Below, in pieces: positions 23,002 through 35,000 of a stretch of DNA of 38,288 bases (within the stretch, counting starts at the first letter, position 1; each line of letters begins with the position of its first letter). A program made the translations under genes and the position numbers. The notes under the pieces are model-generated. The model made no database searches. It worked only from the letters and a program-made list of their open reading frames with translations, and was not told the DNA's origin. Source of the stretch: Basidiobolus meristosporus CBS 931.73 (Eukaryota; Fungi; Basidiobolomycota); contig MCFE01000765.1 in assembly GCA_002104905.1 (NCBI GenBank), forward strand, positions 1 through 38,288, written 5' to 3'.

Positions 23002-23825
23002 CTACACATCAATAAGTATCTTAACTATTTTACCAATTCTGCTGTTTTCTCCTATATATGACTTTCCTCTGTATTTACCTGCCAATATGCTGAATTTCTT
23101 CAGAAATCCAATTGTACAATCTACCCTCACTCTGAAATGATTGAATATCTCATTGTAGAGCTTCTGCCTCCTGCTAAGCTCACCATTCCTTGGCTTCCTA
23201 TATGCTGCTATATATCCTAATCTCTGAAAATACTCTCCTATATAAGCTAGGTCTGCCATTAATTTCTCCCCTATACTGAATTCTGGATGATTCTATACCC
23301 AGAGTGCTTTGTCATGCCCACTTCCTGCATACAGCCCACTAAACCAGATGAAGTAACCCTCAATGTCTGACAGTGCTTGAAACTTCACACAGTTTGTCTT
23401 GTACTTGCCAGAATAGAAGTGCCTCTGCCCTCTAAAAGGTCTGTTAATCCTGACTGGGAAGGTATCCAAAATACTCCTTATATGAAGCCTGTTGCTGAAC
23501 ACTCTGGGATACCAAAGTCTATTGGAGCTTCTGAACCTAGTATTCCAAGCTTGCTCTAAGTCATTAATACCCTCTGCTAGGTGGTTATCCATTGCTGTTA
23601 GCTGGGAATGAATGCTTCTAGGACTTTTGTTGCCATGGATGGTGGGATGAAACCTTGTGGGGAATAGTTCTTGTAATAACAGAGAAGCTTAATAATGGAT
23701 CTCCTTTAGTAGATTATGGTAGATGGTCCACAGTACTTGGTATAGATCTCCTCTAGTGTGTCAAAAGGAAATCCAGTGGTAGTGGTGAGATTGATGAGAA
23801 AAAAGCATTCAGATGAGTAAGTCAT
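23002..23825 (-). pseudogene. DDE_Tnp_4 (IS5/PIF-Harbinger-like) transposase, disrupted
   Basis: TGFPFDTLEEIY (N-terminal helical part), ILDTFPVRINRP...QRHFYSGKYKTNCVKFQ...GSGHD, MADLAYIG...RKPRNGELS...YNEIFNHFRVRVDCTIGFLK. In-frame stop at 23293-23295; the third catalytic position reads D instead of E. Confidence 0.9.
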
Positions 23826-24144
23826 ATCGAAATTGGTAGGTGATTGGGCTGAGGTGAACCAAATTGCATCTGCACAATCAGCTTTATTTATCTGACTCTC
23901 CATGCATTGTGATTAAATCCCCATCAACTGCAATGTATCCCATCATTGTGTTGCAAAAATCATCCTCAAACAATCATTTAGTATTTTTATTGATGCTTTA
24001 CTCTCAAGTCTCTAATCATATAGGAAATCTTCAATTGATAGGATCCAATCCATGTCAATGCAATCCAAGATGCATTGTGAATAATAAATGGAAAATTCAA
24101 CAATCACACTAGTTCTTATATATATTTCATACACAACCTAATTG

Positions 24145-24600
24145 ATGCCAATACACTACTCTATAAGTATCCAAATCTGTCACTATGGTTCCTATACCAA
24201 GTCTCAGCTAATCTTTAGTACAACGCAGACAAAACCCATCCCCAGCACACAAGCATGGTCTGGACCAGAGAAGTTAATGTTGGATCTGTTTGAGTTCTTG
24301 CAAAATAATTTTAGTATGGCCCAAGTGCTTATAAAGAGCCTTCATACAGATATTTGGGCACTGCACTTTAATCTAGCAGAACTAGATACCTCAGAGAGTA
24401 AACAGATAAGGAAGTACCTGTGTAGAAAGCTGTTGCATGAGTTCTACATCAAGATGCCAGTGGATGTACTTAAGAAGATATATAACAAAACAAGTATTGA
24501 AATCAACATTGAGCTGAGAGTGAGGGAATTAGATGAGGAAGCCACATTGGAACAACTTTGCATGCAATTTGCACAGTACAGGCTGGAAGCATTGGTTTGA
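24145..24600 (+). CDS. Putative second ORF of the PHIS element, unknown function
   Basis: Stop-free ~150-codon frame, divergent from the transposase, downstream of a TATA-like tract at 24116-24126; helical and charged composition; no recognised domain; start codon uncertain. Confidence 0.4.
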   Translation: MPIHYSISIQICHYGSYTKSQLIFSTTQTKPIPSTQAWSGPEKLMLDLFEFLQNNFSMAQVLIKSLHTDIWALHFNLAELDTSESKQIRKYLCRKLLHEFYIKMPVDVLKKIYNKTSIEINIELRVRELDEEATLEQLCMQFAQYRLEALV

Positions 24601-24609
24601 GCCACAACT

Positions 24610-27600
24610 TTGGGAACCAAAGAGATTTTAAATGAGTTTTTGCCTCAGATGACCAATGTATTACATGATATATGCTTGCTCTATATTCTTATCCCATCTA
24701 CTGGCAGTTCCATTTGCATACATGGTCAGCCTTTTTCCAAATGATTGATTAGACTGCTCAGTAAATCCATTAGTTCCGGGGTGCTATCCCAAGGTTTCAA
24801 GTGCTTGATCTACTGTATTTCCAGGTAAACTTCCAATATCTTTGCCCTAAAGTTTGCTTCTTTATCAGATAAAAACTCTACAGGGCATCCAGACTTTGTA
24901 AGGATGCTGTGGTGGATTGAACTTGCACCTTCTTGTTCACTGGCTGAAGGTACAGCTTTAGCCACTGGCCATTTAGTGGCATGGTCAGTTGCTACCAGGG
25001 TCAAACAGCTGCATTTCCTAGTGTTTAATAGTCTTCCAATAAGATCAATTCTTCATCTTTCAGATGGACTTACAGAATCCAAGGGAAGGAGTTCAGCAAT
25101 TCTCTGTGGTTGGCCTTGGTTGATTTGGCAATTTGAGCATGTTCTCACTAGCTTCTCAGTATCTTGTATCATTCTGGCCACCATGCTCTAGCTTTAACAA
25201 GGCCTTAGGTTTTTTCAAGTCCAAGTTGTGCATATCCATTGTGTTGCTTATGTACTCAATACAGGCAAGCAAAATAAGAGCAATAGGCTGTAGGTCTTCC
25301 ATCAACAATTTGGTAGAGTATTTCACCCTGTACTACAAATTTGCTGGTTTCATCCCAATTTATCTTCATGATCTCTTCATCCACCGCATTAGGAATGGCT
25401 TGCTCCTCCAAGTACTTTGACAATATACTAGGCTAGTCTGATATATGCACCAAGATGGGTTGTGCAACTTGCTCTAGTTTTGATAAGGCATCACCAGCTA
25501 TGTTGATTCCCCAGTGCAATAGACTTTTTCCAAGTCATATTGCTGAATGCATTCACTCCATCTTGTTATTCTTATGGATGGCACCTTCAGAGTAAATGTA
25601 TACTTGGGTGAGGCATGAACAGTCTTCACAGTGCACTTGACTACTTTGATATAGCATCTCCAGGTCTTCAAGTAGTGTATAATTACAATTATCATCCTCT
25701 CATGCACTGGATAGTTCTGTTCTGCTGAGCTCAGTTTCTTGGACTCAAAAGCAACTGGGTAGTCCTTTCCTTCATAACCCTGAGCATCCTACCCACTGGA
25801 GGGCAATTTCATGTGCCAATGACATGATCCTCATCTCTAACTGGTGGTAGGCTTACAAGTTCATCTAGAAACCTGTGGGAATATTCCCTCAAAGAGTCTG
25901 GACCTTGTGGGTGCTGGAGTACAGGAATCCTCCAGTAATACTGCCAGGAGGTACACCTGAGTACCTTTTCTATGTGCTCTACAGAATTGTGTCTTGCTAA
26001 GTTCATTTGTTTCACACACACTGGAACTGACCAAGTTGAGAACCAGCCTATCAGGTAATAGCACATAGGCCATATTGTCCTTCCGGATCTGAGTATAAAG
26101 CTTTCCTGAGTTTGAGGTCATTTGGGATAGGTATTTTTGGGTAATATGGAATGCAAGTTCTAAGTCTTCTTTAAGTTCATCCTCCATGTTATTATGTTCA
26201 TGGGCTTTCATATGGTTGAAGGTTCTTGAGCACTGGTGTCCATTTCTTCTCTGAGGGCAGTACTTTGCAATATGTCCCTGCTGGTAGCAATTAAAGCAAA
26301 GTCCTTTCTTCTTACATTCTACTAAGGTAGGATTCTTTTGCATAGCATTTATTTTCATTGGCATTGCTTCTGATTGTCTTTGTTCATAGTGATTGTAGCC
26401 TCTCTGATTAGTCATTGTGGGCTTCCCAACTCCAAACATAGCTGAGTCATAGTCAATAGCAATCTGGATGGCTTCTTCAGTAGTCTGAGGTCTTTGATAG
26501 ATCACTTCCTTGCAAGTTATGACATTCAACCCATTGAAAAAGTATTCAACTTGATCCAGGGTGTCTATTATTGCAGTTCACCCAAGTAGATATCTTTATT
26601 TATAGATGTACTCTTGAACCATTCCTTTCTGACTGAGTGTCTTTAGCTTCCTTCATAGTAGTGCCTGCTAGTGGAGTGGTTGAAAGGCATCTTGGGTTTC
26701 CAACACAAACTCATCCCAGGTAGAGAAAGCAGTACATTCCATCATAGTGGCAGACCTAATATTGTTGTGGTACCACTTCAAAGCTGCATCTGCCAGGCAA
26801 GAAGCCTCATAATAGACTTGTTCCATCATTTCAGCTGATCATAGTGCCCAATAGTGCAATAGCATGCCAGATGATGCCTGATCATGTCACAGAGTGCCAG
26901 ATGGTGCCATACAGTGCCAACTTGGGATCAAAATTGACATGTATATGACCCTAAAATATCAAATTAATAGCAAAATATACAGCACTTTCTGGCACCATGA
27001 TCAATGGCACAATGGAACAAGTTGAATGTTTGCTTCTTCAATTGGAAAGAGATAAGTTACCAGGTTTTCATTGACTTTACCATGATACCGGTTGACCTTC
27101 ACACTAAGGTTGTTGTTGACAGGGCTTTGCTGGTTCTGGGCCATGGTAGTCATTCCTTGTTGTTCCTGGCAGAGTATCAAGTGTAATTGTTGCTGTTGGG
27201 CCAGAATTTGCTGCATAGCATTCTTCCAATCTTGATTTCTGACATCTTGAGGGGGATTCTTTTTCCGGAAGAGAGGTCTCTTATTATTGCATGTACCAAT
27301 GTTAAAAGTCTTGATGTAAGAGTTGTAGAGGAATAGAAAATTAGCTTGCATTGTAGTCACTAAAACTTGAGCTCATTTTTATTAAGGATCTAGCAGCTAT
27401 GGAGAAGACTGCTTTGAATCAAAGCTGTGAGAGAAGAGCAAAAGCATTGAAGAATTGGACTATTTGGAATTGTTCAGTAGCTAAATATTTACTTGACAAT
27501 TCTGGACCAGTCTTGGTCACTGTAGGAATAACTTGCAGCCTAAATTTACCACTTTTGTCAGAACTATGATCCTATGATTACTCCCCTATAGTCAGGATCA

Positions 27601-27739
27601 AATTATTACATTTACCAAACATTAAGTACTAGCCCTGAAACTGTCAAAAAATGCTTCTCAGTGTTGAGTAGCTCTTCTTATTTAGATTTAATTTTATATT
27701 AATTCTACAAAAGTATCAATACTGAGCTTCTTTGTGAAA
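24610..27739 (-). mobile_element. Ty3/gypsy retrotransposon, minus copy with protease and RT deleted
   Basis: Partial 5' LTR 27300-27739, degenerate PBS 27290-27298, gag from 27245 with CFNCYQQGHIAKYC knuckle, RNase H (YPVAFESKKL), integrase (WWP...CSNC; ATDHATKWPVAKAV...LSD). Confidence 0.9.
26814..27024. mobile_element. MITE (211 bp) with AGACTTGTTC TIR, inserted in gypsy gag
   Basis: Inverted homolog of 15467-15676; AAT on both flanks; right TIR degenerate (caagttg); ~30 bp of adjacent gag missing. Confidence 0.9.
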
Positions 27740-28483
27740 TGTTATGATCCACTGCTTGAATGTCTTGTTGCAATTTAAGAAGTGACTTGGATATAAGGAA
27801 CTTATCAACAAATAGTGCTAATAGTTGAACTGTTGTTTATTAGTCAAGAAGCTCAGTATTTATACCTTTGTAGAAGTAATACAGCTGTAACACTAAGTAA
27901 GGAGGGTTTCTCAATATTCAGGAGCATTCTGTAACAGTTTCAGGGTTAATACATAATGTTTAGTAATATTGCTAATTTGATCCTGACTATAAGGGAATAT
28001 TCATAAAATCATAGATCTGAAGAAAGTGGCAAAGTTAGAGCTGCAAATTAGTCCCACAGTGACCAAGACTAGTCCAGAATTGTTAAGTAAATTTTTAGCT
28101 GCAGAATGATATCAAATAGTCCAATATTTCAACATGTTTAAGTTAGATCAGTTTTTAGTCAAATTAATTAGTTATATGTTTATCCTATAAGTATATCAGT
28201 GTTTTCTATCAAATCAGTAGCATTAGTCAGTAGATGTATCAGCAGATCCTTATCAGACAGGAATAGATATATTAAGTAAGATTTTATTAGGTGATGATGA
28301 TGCAATCAAATGAGTTATCAGCCACAACCTACATTAGGAAATACAATTAGTCAGCAATTGATCAGGCTAAATTGTATGTAAGGAGCAGCTGTAACCTCAA
28401 TAAAAATCAGTTCAAGTTTTAGTGCATACAATACTAGCTAAACTCCCTATTCCTCAACAACTCTTATACCAAAACTTATAACA
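27740..28483 (+). repeat. Gypsy 5' LTR (744 bp)
   Basis: Perfect TGTTAT...ATAACA termini, AATAAA at about 28399, followed after 1 nt by the PBS. Confidence 0.88.
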
Positions 28484-28484
28484 T

Positions 28485-28493
28485 TGGTAGCAG
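28485..28493 (+). other. Primer-binding site TGGTAGCAG (tRNA-iMet 3' end type)
   Basis: Starts with TGG one base after the LTR; complementary to the ...CUGCUACCA end typical of eukaryotic initiator tRNA. Confidence 0.75.
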
Positions 28494-28544
28494 CAATAAC
28501 CAGAAATATCCCTCCTGAAGAAAGAAGAAGAAGCATCCCTCAAG

Positions 28545-31173
28545 ATGTCCACACATCAGGAATGGCAGAATTCAATGCAACAAATCCTGGCCCAGCAGCA
28601 ACAGTTACTCCAGATCCTTAGCCAGCAGCAACAAGGAATGACTACCATGGCCCAAAGCCAGCAAGACCCTGTCAAGAGCAACTTAAGTCTGAAGGTCAAC
28701 TGGTACCATGGTAGAGTCAATGAGAACCTGGGAACTTGGCTCTTCCAGAATGAAGAAGCTTTCAAGGCTAAGGGAATTGCTCCAGAAAGCAAGTTAAATT
28801 ATGCAGCCTCTTACCTGGCATATGCAGCTTTACAGTAGTACTACAAGATTAGGTCAGTGACCATGATGGGATGCTGTACAATCTCCACCTGGGATGAGTT
28901 TATGCTGGAAACTCAGGATACTTTTGAACCTCCACACTGGCAGCCACTACCAAGAAGAAAGTTGAAGTCACTTGGACCGAGAGGAATGGTTCAAGAGTAC
29001 ATCTATGAATATAGATGTCTACTTAGAAAATTGAAAGAATGGACTCCCTGGATCAAGTAGAATACTTTATTGATGGGTTGAAAGAAAGAACTTGCAAGGA
29101 AGTAAAATATCAAAGACCTCAGACTACTGAAGAAGCCATCCAGATTGCTATTGACTATGACTCAGCTATGTTTGGAGTTGGGAAGCCCACAATGACTAAT
29201 CAGAGAGGCTACAATCACTATGAACAAAGACAATCAGAAGCAGTGCCAATGAAAAGAGATGCTATGCGGAAGAATCCTACCTTAGTAGAATGTAAAAAGA
29301 AAGGACTTTGCTTTAATTGCTACCAGCAGGGACATATTGCAAAGTACCGCCCTCAGAGAAGAAATGGACACCAGTGCTCAACAACCTTCAACCATATGAA
29401 AGCCCATGAGCATAGTAACATGGTGGATGAACTTGAAGAAGACTCAGAGCTCACCTTCCATATGAACAAAAAATACCTATCTCAGATGACCCCAAACTCA
29501 GGAAAGCTATTATACTTGAATGGAGTAATCAATGGAGTAGCTGCTAATATCATGATTGACTCAGGAGTATTGCATGAGTACATGTAAGAGCAATTTGCTT
29601 TGAAGACTGGAACCAACTTGGAGACAACCAAATCAACTTCAGTCTCAGCAGCTGATGGGTGCTCTCACATAATCAAGCATATTACTCAGCCAGTAAGGAT
29701 GAAGATCAATGACTATGAAGAAGAACTACAGGCCTGTATATTTGTGAACTACAAGTTTGACCTTGTACTTCAAAAAACCTGGCTATTTTGTAGTGATCCA
29801 TCAATCAACTGGAGAACCCATGCTACTCAGATCCAGAAGGACAATCAGACCTCTGAGCTATTATCTGTCAGACTAGATTTCAGCCTAGTCAGCTCTAGTG
29901 TGTGTGAAACAAGTGAACTTAGCAAGACACAAATCTGTAGAGCACTTAGAAAAGGCACCCAGATGTTCCTCAAGGTAGTATTACAGGAGGATTCCTCTAT
30001 TCCAGTACCACAGAAGGTCCAGAATCTTTTGAAGGAATATTCAGACATATTTCCAGATAGGCTTGTTGTAAGAGTCTTGGGGATATTGGAGATAATTTAG
30101 GAGGACAAGTAGATTATGCGGTTTTCACATAATGATTTATTGAATGTAAAAGTAGTATTTATATTTTATATGGACTTGGCGTAACAAAGTTGCTGAATAG
30201 GTTAAGGAAGGTCCCAAGAACATGTGTGCCAAGTTTGGGGTTGTTTGGATAACTCTGACAATTTTCATGTTCTGGGTACCTGATATTTTGGTGAAAATAT
30301 TCCAAGTATATCCCAACAAAGAATTTAGTCAGTATTCTTTAGGATTTCAAGGTAATGATCTAAGTGACTAAGTTAGGTGAATATTTAGGAGGAATTATAA
30401 ATTTTACAACACTTGTAAGCCCACTACCAGTCAGAGACATGAATCATGCCATTGACACAGTAGAAGCCCTCCAGTGAGTAAGACACCTTACTGAATAAGT
30501 CCATTGGAGTTGGAAGAGATGGAGAGACAAATAGAACAGTTATTGGAGCAAGGATGCATCAGACCCAGTCAGTCACCTTGGGGTGCACCAGTGCTTTTTG
30601 TGAAGAAAAAGAATGAAGCACTCAGGATGTGCATTGATTACAGAGCCCTCAATTCAGTCTCAGGGAAAAATAAGTACCCCATATCTTGGATTGATGAGCT
30701 TTTGGACCAGCTCAATGGAGCCACTATATTTAGCAAGATTGACCTCATGTCAGGATACAGCCAGATTAGGGTGAAGCCAGAAGACATTCCTAAGATGGCA
30801 TTCATGACCTAAGTATTGCAGCCCCTTTAACTGATGTCCTCAAGAAAGACAGTAACTACAAATGGGACATAGCTTGTGAGACTGTCATTCAGAAGCTCAC
30901 AAATGAACTTGCTAAGCTGCCAAGGTTAAGAATACCTGACTTCAGAAAAGTGTTTACTCTGTGCACATATGCTTCAGATTATGCAATTGGTGGAATGTTG
31001 AGCCTAGAACACAAGAGAATGGACTACCCAGTTGCCTTTGAATCTAAGAAACTGAACTCAGCAAAACAAAACTATCCAATGCATGAGAAGGAGATGCTTA
31101 ATATAACACACTGCCTGATGACATGGAGATGCTGTATTGAAGGAGTCAAACGCACAGTGCAGACTGATCACAC
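28545..31173 (+). pseudogene. Gypsy gag-pol, disrupted; RT catalytic core deleted
   Basis: Retrotrans_gag-like region, knuckle CFNCYQQGHIAKYR, protease IMIDSG, RT N-terminus [13 protein letters not shown]...[10 protein letters not shown]...[14 protein letters not shown], then a jump at about 30810 to the connection/RNase H region (ASDYAIGG...VAFESKKL...QTDH). No YxDD. Confidence 0.92.
30064..30411 (-). repeat. Solo copia LTR inserted in gypsy pol
   Basis: 348 bp, tgttgtaagag...ttttacaaca; gypsy sequence (D-R-L-V-S) is continuous across it. Confidence 0.93.
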
Positions 31174-31649
31174 TGTAGTAGGGTCACAGTGACACCCACT
31201 GACAGATGTGCTCATTCCCATATTTTATAATTTTAGTATTATCCCATTTGTCTTACCTGATCAGTACTATCCCATAAGCCAGTTGACTATCACACCTGCT
31301 TACCTTGTTGCATAAGTAATCCCCCACTTTATGTATGATTACTAGCGGTAAGTACTTCTATATTGGGCAAGTACCCATGCCAGTACCTGTGTCAGTACCC
31401 TTGTCACATGATCAACCTGTGTCACCATCCCTACCATTTCCATCCCATATATGGTATCCCTATGTTACACAGGTTTCAAAGTACTGATTCCTGACTGGTT
31501 GGATGTGCTGTGCTTCTTAGGACCTTCCAGCACCTACTTAGAACATTCTTGGGCAATTCTGATATCATCAAGATATTTGTTTATATCTGAAACCTTCTGG
31601 AACACCATGATTAGTAATCACTTAGCCAGTGAGAAAAGTATATAAGGGA
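31174..31649 (+). repeat. 5' part of an LTR of the second LTR family
   Basis: Starts TGTAGT inside gypsy RNase H; shares gcaagtaccc...ccatccctaccatttc...attagtaatcactt with 10050-10320; cut by copia just after tatataaggga. Confidence 0.82.
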
Positions 31650-32002
31650 TGTTGTAAAAATTCGTATTTCCACCTAAATATTCACCTAACTTAGTCACTT
31701 AGATCATCACCTTGAAATCGTAGAGAATATTGACCAAATTCCCTGTTGGGATTCACTTAGAATATCTTCACCAAAATACCAGGTACCCAGAACATGAGAA
31801 TTCTCAAAGTTGTCCAAACAGCCCCAAACTTTGCACACATGTTCTTGGGACCTTCCTTAACCTATTCTACGTGTTTGTAATGCCAAGACCAGGTAAAAGT
31901 ATAAATACTACTTTTACATTCAATAAATCATTAAGTGAAAACAACATAATCTACTTGTTCTCCAAATCACTTCCAATATCTCCAAGACTCTTACAACAGG
32001 TT

Positions 32003-35000
32003 ATGAGCCCTGAGCTGTCACTCTCTGCAATGTCTACTACTGCTATTACTGGAATTCTTCCCTCTGCTGAAAAGTTGGATGGCTCTAACTACCAAGTGTG
32101 GAAGGTGAAGATGAAGATGCTGCTACAAGAAAGAGGCCTTTGGGATATTGTCATGGGAGAAGAATGCCCTCCTAAAAACGTGGGAGAGGAAGCCTTAAAG
32201 TACCAGAAGAAAGAACAAAGTGCCTTTAACTGCATTTGCCTTAATGTCAAGGACAAATTGCTAATTCAATGCTCAAGAGCAAAAATGGCAAAGAATGCCT
32301 GAAAGGCATTAGAAGACACCTACCAGTCATGTTCAGCTGCCAAGAAAATGTATCTGAGAAGAAAATTCTTTACTACAAAGATGCTGCCAGGAGAAGAAAT
32401 GAAAAATCTAATAACAGAATTACCCTGCTGGTAGATGAGATGGAATCTGTGGGCGTACCAACTACTGATGAGGATGTGATAGTTACCATCCTGAATAGCC
32501 TGACAGACAAGTTTCAGGGCCTTTTATTAGCCCTAGAGTCCAGAACTGAAGATTTGACCTTAAATTACGTATATGGAAGGCTCCTGGATGAAGAATTAAG
32601 AAAATCAAGTGCCAATAAGAAGGAAGAAGAAAATGCTTTAATAAGCAATGATAACCAACAAAGGAGGTACCCAAGACCCTACAAAGGCAACAGCAACCTA
32701 TTTTGCAACTACTGCAAAAGGAAAGGACACACATCAGACCGGTGTCTCAAAAAGAGAGATTATCAGCAAAAGAAGCCTGAATATGGAAATGCTGCAACAA
32801 CTGAAGATAGACTATTCATATCTGCACTAAATATGACCACAAACAAGGATTCTCAGACGTGGTATATTGACTCTGGAGCTTCTCAACACTTTACACACCA
32901 AAAAGAACTTTTTACCCAATATCAAGAAATTCCAATTAAGAAGGTTTTCATGGGTGATGATAGAACACTTGATGCAGTGGGAGAAGGTACTATCCAAGTA
33001 AACCTTAGAAGCAGTGAAGGAAGCCATACACTGACCTTTAAAGAAGTACTCTATCTACCAGAAATAGCCAAGAACCTACTCTCTGTAAGCAAGGCCACAG
33101 CAGAAGGACTCAGTTTCAGTTTTGACAATTCTGGATGCAGGATCACTGATCAAAATGGTGCCCATATTGCTTTGGGCATCAGAGATCAGAATCTATACAA
33201 GTTGACTTATATTCCATCATATTTGGAAGCCAATATAAGTAACTTAAATGAAGAAACACCAATGCTTTGGCACAGGAGATTTGGACACATCAATTTTGAT
33301 TATTTGCGTGAAATGATCTAAGATCAGCTAATTTCTGGAGTGAAAATTGATCCCCCAGCTAATTTGGAGCACTGTGAAGCCTGCATATATGGGAAACAAG
33401 CCAGACAACCATTCAAGAGCTCTGGGTTAATCAAAACTAAGAAAAAATTAGATCTAACTTACTCAGATCTGTGTGGACCTATGCAAAACTTATCCTTAGG
33501 CGGGATGAAGTACTTAATCACTTTTATTGATGATTATACAAGATACACATGGGTCTACTTCATGGAGAGAAAAGAAGAAGCTCTGTCTAAGCTCAGGGAG
33601 TTTAAAGCCATGTTGGAGAGAGAAACTGGTGAAAAAATCAAGAAAATACTCTCTGACAATGGTGGAGAATATACCTCAAAACTCTTCATCTACTTCTGCA
33701 AAATTCCTGGGATAAAGCAAGAGACTACTGTACCATACTCCCCACAGCAAAATGGAGTAGCAGAACAAGCTAACAGATCAATAATTGATATGGCAAGATA
33801 TATGATCCATGATCAAAAATTATCCTATGATTTTTGGGCGGAATCAGTTGCCACTGCTGTATACCTTAAAAATAGGAGTTATAACAGAATACTTTGTGAT
33901 TCTACTCCATTTGAAGCATGGTATGGATACAGACCAAGTGCAGAACATCTAAGAATATTTGGGTGTACAGCATATGCCAAAAAACTGGCCGGAAATCAGT
34001 CAAAGTTTGAGCCATAAAGTGTAAAATGCATATTTTTGGGCTACTGCAATGAGAGTAAGGCATACAGACTCTACAATACTAAAGCAACAAAGCTTATCAA
34101 GTCCAGGGATGTGTTGTTTGATGAAAATCCAAAATTTTCACAAAAAATGACATCAGATGATGACAAAAATTTGATCTCAAGTCCACCAATTGTCAGGATT
34201 GAATCAGAGCAAAACAATGAAGATTTTTTCACTCCAGAGGACTCTACAACCATGGTTCAGCCAGAATCAGTGCCCAGGAATATCCCAGAAGTAATCATTC
34301 CAGTATTAAATGCCCGGAGATCAAATCAGCCAAGAAATAGCCCAAATCACTATATTAATGAGGGTACAAACTTAGCCTATGCCTATTCAGTCCATATTGA
34401 TGAACCCCAGACTGTAAAAGAGGCCCCAAATAGCCCTCAGACAAAGTTTTGGAGATCTGCAATGATTGAGGAATATCAGGCCCTGATGGAAAATCAAACT
34501 TGGGACTTAGTCAAATTACCAATCAACCAAAAATCAACTGGATGCAGATGGGTCTTCAAGACAAAATACAAGGCTGATGGTACAATTGATAGATACAAAG
34601 CAAGACTTGTAGCCAAAGAATACTTTCAAACAAAAGGACTTGACTACACTGAGACCTTTGCACCGGTAGCCAAGTTTAATTCCATCAGATTAATATTGGC
34701 TATTGCAGCAAAATATAAGTTTTTTATTCATCAAATGGATGTAAAAACTGCATTTTTGAATGGAAAACTTGATGAGGATGTGTATATGGACCAGCCTGAT
34801 GGGTTTGTTGACCAAGATAACCCCCATTTGGTCTGCAATCTTAAAAAGTCACCATATGGTCTCAAACAATCACCAAGAGCCTGGAATTGCAAGATAGATT
34901 CTTATTTGGAATCTTTGAGTTTCACAAGAAGTAATGCTGACTATAGTATATACTATAAGCCAGATAGAGCAAATCCAGTTCTATTAGCTCTATATGTGGA

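Larger units (their letters stand above)
22760..24600. mobile_element. PIF/Harbinger-ISL2EU (PHIS) type DNA transposon, right end missing
   Basis: Begins AGACTTGTTCTGTTGGATAGT after ACT; carries a DDE_Tnp_4-type transposase (minus) and a divergent ORF (plus). Confidence 0.85.
27740..31173 (+). mobile_element. Ty3/gypsy retrotransposon, plus copy, 3'-truncated
   Basis: 5' LTR, PBS, gag, protease, partial RT and RNase H; interrupted at 31174. Confidence 0.92.

Noticed and set aside
1558-34017. Classical ascomycete RIP (CpA to TpA) as the main inactivating process
   Set aside because: Only 2 of the 8 nonsense changes that distinguish the two copia copies are C-to-T or G-to-A transitions (4580, 32300); the rest are transversions. 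The dominant visible signal is CpG loss.
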